Both the position numbers and the translations under genes were made by a program. A model generated the notes under the pieces. That model did not search any database and was not told where the DNA came from. It saw only the letters and a list, made by a program, of their open reading frames with translations. Shown piece by piece: positions 53,391 through 64,000 of a DNA stretch of 64,000 nucleotides. Position 1 is the stretch's first letter. Each line of letters opens with the position of its first letter. The DNA is from the human T2T-CHM13v2.0 reference genome, Homo sapiens. Location of the stretch: the NCBI RefSeq assembly GCF_009914755.1, contig NC_060934.1. One strand, 5' to 3'.

Positions 53391-54549
53391 TTTTTATGCT
53401 GTAAGTTTTAGGGAACATGTGCACAACGTGCAGGTTTGTTACATATGTATACATGTGCCATGTTGGTGTGCTGTACCCATTAACTCGTCATTTACATTAG
53501 GTATATCTCCTAATGCTATCCTTCCCTCCTCCCCCCACCCCACAACAGGCCCCGGTGTGTGATGTTCCCCTTCCTGTGTCCATGTGTTCTCATTGTTCAA
53601 TTCCCACCTATGAGTGAGAACATGCGGTGTTTGGTTTTTTGTCCTTGCGATAGTTTGCTGAGAATGATGGTTTCCAGCTTCATCCATGTCCCTACAAAGG
53701 ACACGAACTCATCATTTTTTGTGGCTGCATAGTATTTCATGGTGTATATGTACCATATTTTCTTAATCCAGTCTATCATTGTTGGACTTTTGGGCTGGTT
53801 CCAAGTCTTTGCTGTTGTGAATAGTGCCACAATAAACATATGTGTGCATGTGTCTTCATAGCAGCATGATTTCTAATCCTTTGGGAATATACCCAGTAAT
53901 GGGATGGCTGGGTCAAATGGTATTTCTAGTTCTAGATCCCCGAGGAATTGCCACACTGACTTCCACAATGGTTGAACTAGTTTACAGTCCCACCAACAGT
54001 GTAAAAGTGTTCCTATTTCTCCACATCCTCTCCAGCACCTGTTGTTTCCTGACTTTTTAATGATCGCCATTTTAAATGGTGTGAGATGGTATCTCATTGT
54101 GGTTTTGATTTGCATTTCTCTGATGGCCAGTGGTGATGAGTATTTTTTCTTGTGCCTTTTGGCTGCATAAATGTCTTCTTTTGAGAAGTGCCTGTTCATA
54201 TCCTTCACCCACTTGTTGATGCGGTTGTTTGTTTTTTTCTTGTAAATTTGTTTGAGTTCTTTGTAGATTCTGGATATTAGCCCTTTGTCAGATGAGTAGA
54301 TTGCAAAAATTTTCTCCCATTCTGTAGGTTGCCTGTTCACTCTGATGGTGGTTTCTTTGGCTGTGCAGAAGCTCTTTAATTTAATTAGATCCCATTTGTC
54401 AATTTTGGCTTCTGTTGCCATAGCTTTTGGTGTTTTAGACGTGAAGTCCTTGCCCATGCCTATGTCCTGAATGGTATTGCCTAGGTTTTCTTCTAGGGCT
54501 TTTATGGTTTTAGGTCTAACATTTAAGTCTTTAATTAATTCAAGATGGA
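53391..54549 (-). mobile_element. 5'-truncated primate L1 (L1PA3-5-like), ~1.15 kb
   Basis: Canonical L1PA 3'UTR plus the ORF2 end; TSD tggaccaaccattttt/tggaccaatcattttt. Confidence 0.95.
53597..54532 (-). pseudogene. L1 ORF2p C-terminal fragment, disrupted
   Basis: Translation [12 protein letters not shown]...[26 protein letters not shown]...MFIVALFT...HRMFSLIGGN includes the cysteine-rich domain; it is interrupted by a stop near 53873. Confidence 0.92.
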
Positions 54550-54839
54550 CCAATCATTTTTTAAATCTTTATTCCATGTTTTTACTGTACCTTTTCTATA
54601 TTTAGATACATAAATACTTGACATTGGGTTACAATTGTCTACAGTATTCAGTACAGTAACCTGCTGTCCAGGTCAGTAGCCTGGGAGCAATAGGCTCTAC
54701 AATATAGCCTAGGTGTACAGTAGGTTGTACCATCCAAGTTTGTGTAAATGCACTCTGTGATGCTCAGACAGTGATGAAATCACCTAAGGACACATTTCTC
54801 AGAACATATCCCTATCCTTAAGCAATGCTTTCCTGTAAC

Positions 54840-57085
54840 TATATGGGTATAGATTTATGTAACACCAGCTTCACAATCAAGATACAGAACAATTTCATCA
54901 CACCCTGACACTCCATAGATCTAGGCTAATGTAAACATATATATATATATATATGTTAACATATGTTTGTGTGTATATATATGTTTACATATATATGCTA
55001 TATACTATTATATATATAGCCATTCTAATAGATTCCAATGGCATCTCATTGGGGCTTTATTTTATTTTGAATTTTGTGAACTTATTTGCCACCTGTGTAT
55101 ATTCTCTAGGGAGGAGTCTGTTCAAATTACTTGCTCACTTTTTTTTTATTATGGTGTATTCCTTCTTCTGTTGAGTTTTGAGAGTTGTTTGTATATTCTG
55201 GATTCAAGTCCTTTATACAATATGTGGTTTATAAGTATTTTCTCTCAGGCTGTAGTTTGTTTTTCATTTTCTTAACAGTCGTTTTCAAAAGGAAAATCTT
55301 TTTAATTTTGATGAAGTCTAATTTACCAATTTTTTTCTTTTATGAATTATGCTTTTGGTGTCACATCCAATAACTCTTTTTGCCTAACTCAAGGTCAAGA
55401 AGGTTTTCTCTTATGTTTTCTCTTATATTTTTTAAAAAAATGTCGTCTTACATTTAGATCTATGATCCATTTTGTAATAAGGGGTGAGGTTTTTCTTGGT
55501 TTGTTTTGTTTTGTTTTTGTGATGGATGTGCAATTGCCCCAAATTGTTATTTGTTGAAAAGATAATCCCATTTCCATTGAATTTGTCAAAAATCACTCAG
55601 TCATATCTGTGTCTGTCTGTTTCTGGGTTGACAATTCTGTTCCACTAATCTAAGCATCTAACACTTCACTGATACCCTGAGGTCTTGATTACTGTAGTTT
55701 ATAATATGTCTTTATATTGGGTAGTGTGAGCCCTCCACATTTATTCTGTTTCTTATGTTTCAAAACTGTTATGGCTATTTTAGTTCTGTTTTCATTTCCC
55801 ATTAAATTTTAGAACCAGTTTATCTATATCTACCAAAAAAATTATGCTGTGGTTTTGATCAGAAGTACATTATATCTATAGAACAACTTAGAGACAACTG
55901 ATCTCTTAATTATATTAAGTCTTCCAATCCAGGAACAGAGTTTGTCTCTCCATTTTTTTTTTAGCTATTATTTATTTCATTGGTGTTCTATAGTTTTTCT
56001 TTATACAGGTCATGCACATGTTCTCTTACATATATAGCTAAGTATTTCATTTTGGGAAAATTTTATAAATGGTATTTGTTTTTAAAATCCTAGTTTCTAG
56101 TTGCTTATTGCTAGTATGTAAAAATATGATTTTTTTATATTGACCTTATATACTGCAACCTTGCCAAACTCATTTATTCATTCTAGGAGTTTTTTAAATG
56201 TAGATTCTTTGGGATGTTCTATGGTCATGTTGTCTACAAATAGGGCCCAGTTTTATTTATTCCTTTAAATCTGTGTGCCTTTTATTTTTTTTTCTTGCCT
56301 TATTTCATTAGGACTTCCAGTATGCTGCAGAATAGCACCAGTTAGAGTGGAAAACTTTGCCTACTATATAACATCACTACTGTGTTTGATGTTAGCTATG
56401 GATTTCTTTGTAGACACCCTTAATCAAGTTAAGAAAATTTTATTTATAGTTCGGTGAAGATTTTTATCTTGAATGTATGTTGAATTGTGTTAAGTTCTTT
56501 TTCTGCATCAATTGATATGCTTGTGTGTCATTTATTCTTTCATTTGTTAATACAGTATGATGGCTTGTGTTGGTCGATTTTCAACTATTGAACCAGCCTT
56601 GCATTCCTGAGATAAACCTCATTTTGTTATGGTATATTATTCCTTTTATATATTGCTAGATTTTATTTGCTAATGTTTTGCTGAGTATATTTGTGTGTTC
56701 ATAAGGGTTATTGGCCTATAGTTTTCTCTTCTTATAATATTTTTGTAGGTTTTGATTTCAGGGTAATTCTGGCATTATAATTTGAGTTGTGAAATGTTCC
56801 CTCTTCTTATACTTTCTGAAAGTGATTATATAAAATAGGTGTTTCTTCTTCTTTAAATGTTTGGTAAATTGTAGCAGTGAAACTATCTTTGACTAAAGTT
56901 TTTCTTTATCAGAGATTTTGTAAACTATCAATTTTATTTCTTTAATAAATGTAGAACTATTGAGGTTATTCACTTTTTCCTAGCTGAGTTAGTAATTTAT
57001 TGCTTTCAAATAATTGGTTCCTTTTATTTATTAGATTTATATATATAGGATCATTTGTAGTATTCTTCTTATCCTTTTAATGCCT
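54840..57085 (-). mobile_element. Old L1M (L1MB/MC-like) with an internal (TA)n
   Basis: Antisense ORF2 motifs: 'ttgatgaagtctaatttacc', 'tttttctgcatcaattgatatg', 'gaaccagccttgcattcctgagataaacc'. Confidence 0.85.
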
Positions 57086-59119
57086 ATGGGTTTTCTGACT
57101 TTTGGATTTTCAGAAGTCTTGAATATAAATGCCCCCCTCTCATTTCTCTCTGCCCAGGATGGAATCAGGCAGTAGCCTTTGATCTTGATAAAGCCATCTT
57201 GGAGGACATTGCTTAGATCTGGACAGGAGGTTTGCCCACATACCCTGAATTGTGCTTATTCACCTAATCATAGCAGTCCTGAAAAATACAGTCCTCCTTA
57301 TACAAGCCAGCCTCTGCAGGTCATGTTGCTTGGAGGAGAAAATGTGCTCTCTGTATATAGCAGATGTCAAGGCAGCAGAAGAAAAGGGAAGTAAAAGGAG
57401 ATTCCCTGCATGCCCAGTTCCTTCTCACTCACTCATAAGATGAAGAGATGATAAGCTTATTATGCTAGCGGAGGTCCCTCTGCATGGAAGCAGGGGTCAG
57501 AGAAAGGAGATTCCTCTCCAATAAATGTTTTTGGTGACTGCACATGAGCTATACTCTGATGACTTCAGAAATTACTAGGGAAGTATTGGAGGGAAGGTGG
57601 CCTGATGGTCCTGCAGTAACAGGTGGGAATGAGAGCCCAATAAATCTAATTTATTAGGCCAGTGTCCTACATAGGTTATTATCTAACACAGATTAGAAAA
57701 ATCACAATGAAATATATTAAACACTAGATTAAACATTTGTGACAATGTTGTGACAATATGAAGGAAGTGGTGATGAAGTGCTGGAGGCAGGGGCCAAAAT
57801 TAGAGTGGGGTCAGGCCAGACTTCATGGAAGCTTCTGACTTGTACAGATAATGAATAGGAGACCTATGTGGCTGAACTCAGGGGTATGGGCATGGGAAGA
57901 AACTGAGGGAGAAGACGTGGGAGAGACAGTTTGGAGGGAGTTGGAGGATTTTAAATGTCATGTACATATTTGGATGTATTCTTTGGGGGATGGGAGGACA
58001 GTAGGGAGTTCATCAAAAACTATACTGGGATAGGCATACTAATTTTGAAAATATTGAAATATTTCCATACCAATTAGGAAAAAGACACTGTTCAAGCGCC
58101 TCTGAGTCACTGCCCATCTTCCTCACACATTTCAGCACTGTGGTTCCCCGACCTGGGGTCCCAGCAAGTAAAGGTTAGTGCCTGACCCAGCAAGCCCTGG
58201 TGTTGGCCTGTGGCTGGTGTTCGTTCTGATGTTCTGGCTAGTTGGTGCCTGGATATCCTGGTTATTAAATATTTTGTCTCTCTCCATGGAGCTGAGGTTT
58301 AGAAAGTACCCTTAAGCAGCAGGGAGGAAGACATGGGGGATAAAGCAAGAATTCAGGGTGGATAAGACCTTGCACTTCAGCTCTCTGTCCCCAAGTTCTT
58401 CATCTGAATGAGGGCAGGCACCAGACTTCAGATCTCAGAGAACTGTCTTTGTTTGGCTTTAAAAACAAAACCATAGAATTTTCTGTTTACAATGAAAGTT
58501 CCAGGAGGGAGAAGTAGTTCCTTGGATCTTGCACCCCCTTTAAGTCAAACAAACATCTGTCAAGGAGGAACAAGACAGAATTTCTTGTGATCAGATGCTC
58601 TTGGTTCTACAGCAATTTATCAAAGGCCCACTCATCAATTAGAGAAATATTTGAAAAAGCATCACAGCTCCCACAAGTGCCTCATGTATAATTCAAAGCA
58701 ATGGCTCCGGATGGAGTGAGGAGGCTACAGAAGCCAGGGTTGGCTTTTGAAGGCAAACCTACCTATTGTTTCTTTAATTCTAAACCAGGGAACACGCTCT
58801 GGGACCCTCAAAAATTGCACTTAGCCTTGAATGTAGGAGGCGTCGAAATCTTGAGCCTGAAGTATAGAAACTTCCTCTGCTTCCCTTTGAACTCCTTATA
58901 GGGGTCATCATTTCTCAGTTCTTCAAAATTGGGTCTCCCTATGAGTTAGAGGCAAAAGGAAGTGACCCCTCATATCTGGGCAACATTCACTTTCATTGGA
59001 GTCTCCAATACTGAGTGGTTCGAAAAAGGCTAAAAATAAAGAAAACAAACAAACAAGGGATCAAATGACACCATGTAAAAACCACACTCCCTCACTTTTC
59101 TTACTTCCTTTGCCACACC

Positions 59120-59230
59120 TCACAATGCAGGTGACATCACCCCTATTTTGTACACAAGGAGACTGGGGCAGAAGGTGGGCTGACTTGCTCAGGGTCACAC
59201 AACAAATTCACAGTGGATAATATTGGCCCT
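59120..59230 (-). mobile_element. MIR SINE fragment
   Basis: 'ggagactggggcagaaggtgggctgacttgctcagggtcacaca'. Confidence 0.7.
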
Positions 59231-60380
59231 TCACATACCAGACACTGCCTCTTGGGGTCTGAAACCCAAGTTTTAATTTTGATCCTGTCTTTCTATTTGA
59301 ACAACATGGAAGCTGATAATCACGAAATTGGTAATTTTTCAGGTTTTTTTTCATTGAAATTTGGTTTCGAATAATAAGGTCTTATTTTAAAAGATCAAAT
59401 ACCTATGCTAAGAACAGTGGCCATGTTGCTTGTATTATTTAAACCACCCCACACCTGAATTTTATTTGAATAGTAGGTTCGTTGATTTCCCTTCTGTGTT
59501 GCACTAATGGCATGCTGAGCTCAGCTGAGCTCATATGATTTAGAACCCCAGTGCCACCCAGTTCAGGGCACTTTAACAAAGGTGTGCACAGGGACAGCTG
59601 CAGGGAAGACCTCTGTACAGTGGAGAAAATGTTTCCCTTGGACTCAACCCAGAAGTTACTCTTCCTCTTCAAAGTGGGTCCCCAACTGCCCTTGAAATAT
59701 GGCAGGACACAGAGGTGGCTCTGAGAGGAACAGAGAGGATCCCTGCAGGGCTGTCTTGGCAGTGGGTCACTGAGGACAGACCCTCTGCAAGGCACGTGCA
59801 GGGGCAGGCTCACAGTCCTTCTTGGCTCCACACTCTCAGCAGAACACAAGAAATGCGGAAGGTGAAGACTGAACTCTTCACTCTGAATTCTGAGCAATGA
59901 TAGGAACAGACAATGAGTGCCTTCTCCCATTAGTAAAGAAGACCACTGAAGAAGATGAGATGGCCCAGCCCAGACCAGGAAGGGTAAGAGAGGCCAGGGG
60001 CCCAGAGGGGAGGCTCCAAGAGCCTGTACAATGTGAGTGGAGACAGCCAACTGGGACCAAGCAGATCCAGGCAAGCCCCCAGGCAGAAAGGTCCCTGCAG
60101 GGAGGGGTCTGACCTGCCCTCACCACTCCATGCCAGGGCCCCAGCATGGCATCTGGAACATGACAGGTGCTCAGCCAGCAGGAAGGAGGAGCCTGGCATC
60201 GCCTCCCTGCAGAACTGACCCTCATGTCCCGGTGTGGGGTGAGGCCCCTTTTCTGAGCTCCCTTAATGCCTAGGAGCCCTCATGTGGTTGGGTAATGATC
60301 TGAATTCTAGTTGGCTTCCTTCCTGGACCTCGTTTTGCATCCTCAGTATCTTCCCTAGGATACAGCATCTAAGAAGCCCC

Positions 60381-60823
60381 ATAGGAAGGAGGGAAAGAGG
60401 GAAGGTGGAAGGGAGTGAGGGATGAAGTAAGGAAAGAAGGAAGGAAGGAAGGAAGGAAGGAAGGAAGGAAGGAAGGAAGGAGGGAGGGAGGGAGGGAGGG
60501 AGGAAGGAAGGAAGGAAGGAAGGAAGGAAAGGGAGGAAGGAAGGAAGGAAAGGGAGGGAGGAGGAGACAGGAAAAGGAGGGAAGGAAGCAGGAAAGGAGG
60601 GATGAAAGGAAGGAATGAGGGAGGGATGAAGGAGGGGGAAGGAAGATGGGAGGAAGGAAGGAGGGAGAGAAGGAAGAAAGGAAATAGGGAGGGAGGAAAT
60701 GATGGAGAGAGAAGGGAAGGGAAAGGAAAGGAAGGGGAGGGGAAGGGAAGGGAGGGGAGGGGGAATAGGGAAGGGGGAAGAGGAAAGGGGGAAGGAGGAA
60801 GGGGGAAGGGGGAAGGGGAAGAG
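60381..60823. repeat. Polypurine tract containing (GGAA)n/(GGAG)n microsatellites
   Basis: ~440 bp almost entirely G/A; (GGAA)10 at 60439-60478 and (GGAA)7 at 60502-60529. Confidence 0.97.
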
Positions 60824-63669
60824 TTTCTTTAGCCACACTGGGCTAAGGGTTTCACCAATAACTGAAGGATGAGAAGAAACTGGAAGGGAATAGCAGGTCC
60901 CACTGCGCATCCTTTATTCACTGCGGAATGTGATGATGCTGTTGTAAATTGTGTAGGGAACAAGACACAGTCCTCCTCCTGCAGTGGAGCTCAGTTTGCT
61001 GCTGTTCTATGAGCATGTGAGCCTCATGCCTCTAGGGCCTATCTTGGTCGTGTTGTTGTTACTAGCCCCTGGAGTATAACAACTTAATAAATATTGGTTG
61101 ACTTAATAAATGAGTGGGGGAGTGAATAAATGATGGATCCTTTTTCTGTTCTCTGCCAAGTCCTGGCTCCTCGAGCCCCTCCGTGTGTGGTTACACATGG
61201 TTACCTGGCCTGGCTGCACTCCTGATGGCAGGACCCCACAGCCTGCAGCTCACAAGAGAGGGTCAGACCAGCAGCCCATCCAGCATGCTGGCTCCTCCTT
61301 GGAAATGCCCAGCCTCACAGTGAAAACCACCACGTGGGGCCTTCCAGTGGAGGAAGACGCTCTGCCTGAATCTGAAGCTTGCTTTATTTTCCTAATCATG
61401 TTCTGCCCTTAGTATAGAGGTAAATGAGAGAATGCTCCTTCCCTATTTTCCCCTCTGTAAGATGAGATGGCTACCCCAGAAGATCCCCAAGTTTTCCAGC
61501 ATTTTAGGCAAAAACGAAGGCAGGGTGTAAGTGGCAATGGCACTCTGGTGCCTTCCCACAACCACTCCACAGAGAGTGCCCAGTGTTCTGGGGAGCGTGT
61601 GTGGGATGGGCTTGGGAGGAGATGTGAGTGAGCACGAGTTAGCATTCATGTTTGGGCCTGGGAAAATGTGTCAGAGACACAGAGGGGCCCTGCTGTCACT
61701 CTTGCCACCTCCTCCCCAGACTGTGAAGACAGCTGACTTCCAGACTGGAAAGACAACCTGCTTCCTGACTGCAAGCTGGGTGGCGGGGCTCCCTGCCTCC
61801 AGGCTGAGAGTTGGAGAATGGTTGAACACAGCAATGCAATGCTGGCTTGTAATTTTATTTTCTGAAGACATTTCAGGGAATGAGGATAGAAACCATCAAA
61901 AAACCTAATGAAAGCTGTAGATCCTCTGTCCAGAGAAATGCACAGACACCTGATATTTGCATCTGACATAAGGGAAATGAAGACCTAGAAGTCCATTTCT
62001 GAGCTCTGGGACCCAAATAGAGCCTCCTACTGTAAAGCCTTCTAAAGCAGAAAGGTCTAGGAGACAAGATCCCTGCATTCTACCTCTAATCTGGGCCCTG
62101 CTCCATCCAGCACTGCTTTCCTCATTCTGGCTGGCCTCAACCTTACCATCTGTAAAATGGACAGCCAAGGAGAGGATGAGGGCTAGAGTTCATTGATTAT
62201 AATCACAAACCCTGAGAGCACCTGCTGTGTGCTGGGGGTCCGAATGCTAAGCTGGGAAGCAGGCACTTGGGACCTGGGAGGGGAGTGCAGGATTTGAGGG
62301 GAACGTGCTCTTCTCCACAGACCGGGTTCTTGGGACCTTCAGAATACATTTCTTTTTCTCTGGCATTAGAACATGACCTGTTCTGATGGAGGACCCATTA
62401 GTTGGACTGAGACTGCAATGGCTTTCTTATTTGAAGATGAGAAGAATTTAGACTCTCTACTTCTCTTCCGCAGCTCTGTCTAAAACAGGGGCATAACAGC
62501 AGTTGGGTTTCCTTTGGCAATGGAGACTCCACTACTGGCTTCCTTCCAAGTCATCTTAAAAAGGGCCTTACAGAGAGCTGGGAATGGGGTCACAGCCACC
62601 TTTTCAAGAGTAGGAACCAAGAACCTGTGACTTGCCTCAAGTCCGCCTGACCAGGACTGGCACCAGCCTTTCCGAGCCTGGTCTGAGTGTTGGGTGAACT
62701 CACAGCACCATATGAGTGAGAACAAAGAGATTTCTCCCTCTCTCCCAGAGCCTCTTCATTCCTGGTCTCCATCCTCCTTCACAGCTTTGCTCTTCCTCCC
62801 CCTAATAATTCCCAGGCCAAGGGGGAAGGGGCTTTTTTGCTCAGTAGTCTGGACTGAGAAGGAACCAGCCTCTCCTATGGTGATCATCAGACAGAAGTGC
62901 TCTGCTTGGGAAAGCTCACTCCTTGCAGCTGCAAGCTCTGTCTAGTTGATGTTCCATCCTGTCTGTGGTCAGCACTCCCTGGGCCTTCCTTCTCCCACCA
63001 TCACCATAGTCCCCTATCCATTCCCTTTGAGCCCCCATCCCCATTTCTTCATGGGCAGGAGGCATAGTGGAGCTTCTGTTGAGGTTTGCTTTTGGACTTA
63101 GATCGTATCACATTCTTCAGATGGAAGCCATTAATCCCACTCCAAATTATGATCAACTCACAAAAATAATCACCAAAAACCTATGGAGCAAAGGCTCTGT
63201 TGGCCAACTTCTTCAAGACCTTGCTCCATCATTCAAAGACCATTGCCCTGTCCTGTGGCCTGCAGTTTCCTTCTGTGGCCTCATACAACCTTCCTTCTAC
63301 CTCTGTGCCTTCCTCGGGGCTGTTTCCTCACCTTCTCCACCACTCAAAACCCCTCTCACCCTTCAAGACAGCTCCACACCCCCTCCTCTAGGAAGCCTTT
63401 CCAGACTACCCAAACCTGAGTGGGAGAAACTGTTTAACCCCAGGCTAGCTGCATGTCTTTAAGAGGAGGCCAAATGGTGCCAAGCCCCATGCCAGCTGCT
63501 TCAACAGGACAATGCCTCAGTTAGTCCCCATGACAACCCGTTGAGATAAATGTTAATAATCCCGTTTAACAGATAGGGAACTGAATCTGCCAGGTTGGGG
63601 GTGGGGTGGAAATGGGAAAAATGCCTGACCCCAAGCTTGTGTTTTGTTCCACTGCTCTGCCCAGCCTCC

Positions 63670-63846
63670 TGTCCCTGCACTGAGCATTTCTTTCATTCTG
63701 ACTTATTTACCCTGGGTTGTTTGTGTGGGTTCTCCTATGGATCTGGGGTCCCCTCCTGAGAACAGAGGCTGCTGTATTCCTCTGTGCCTCCTTCCCGGTA
63801 CTGTGCACAGAGGGACTACTCAGCCAATGTTTGAAGGATTGAATTA
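63670..63846 (+). mobile_element. L2 3' end
   Basis: 'ctcctgagaacagaggctg...gtgcacagagggactactcagccaatgtttgaaggattgaatt'. Confidence 0.65.
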
Positions 63847-64000
63847 AATCTTGCCACGTAGTGGTTGGCATTTTCCCCACACCTAGAGTTGCAGTAATGA
63901 AATTTCCACCATATGCCTTAAAGGATTAAAATGTTGAAAATGTCACAACCTGGAGGAAACCAGAGCTCTTGAAATTTACCAATAAAACAATAGCTGCTGT

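Larger units (their letters stand above)
52380..54837 (+). mobile_element. Tigger3(b)-like DNA transposon, split by an L1PA
   Basis: Start 'catgcataacaacacctcagtcaacgacggaccacatacac'; end 'cacctaaggacacatttctcagaacatatccctatccttaagcaatgc...tgta'. Confidence 0.88.

Noticed and set aside
59934-59982. Possible small exon (ccttctcccattag ... gaagg|gtaaga)
   Set aside because: Moderate splice sites and no supporting context; such matches occur often by chance
60263-60910. Pro/Ser/Phe-rich and Gly/Arg/Glu-rich ORFs
   Set aside because: Artefacts of the polypurine repeat, which lacks stop codons

Overview
This is 64 kb of non-coding mammalian genomic DNA, primate and probably human (Alu, L1PA, MSTA and MER61 are present; CpG is strongly depleted; there is no CpG island). 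I recognise no protein-coding gene, RNA gene, CRISPR array or other prokaryotic system. The ORF track is chance ORFs, except for a dead L1 ORF2 C-terminal fragment (53.6-54.55 kb, minus strand). The window is a mosaic of ancient MIR/L2/L3/L1M fragments, MaLR and ERV solo LTRs, hAT and Tigger DNA transposons, only two Alus, microsatellites and a ~440 bp polypurine tract. I found no new biological system. The most notable sequence-level observations are: (1) a ~93%-identical 155 bp inverted duplication inside an ancient MLT1 LTR; (2) a 17-nt twin-priming-type micro-inversion at an L1PA 5' junction; (3) a ~50 bp L1 insertion with its own TSD; (4) a well-formed candidate 65-nt exon; (5) several repeat-free, homeodomain/FOX-motif-rich blocks that look like enhancers. 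Repeat family names come from my memory of the consensus sequences and boundaries are approximate. Both need RepeatMasker/Dfam confirmation.
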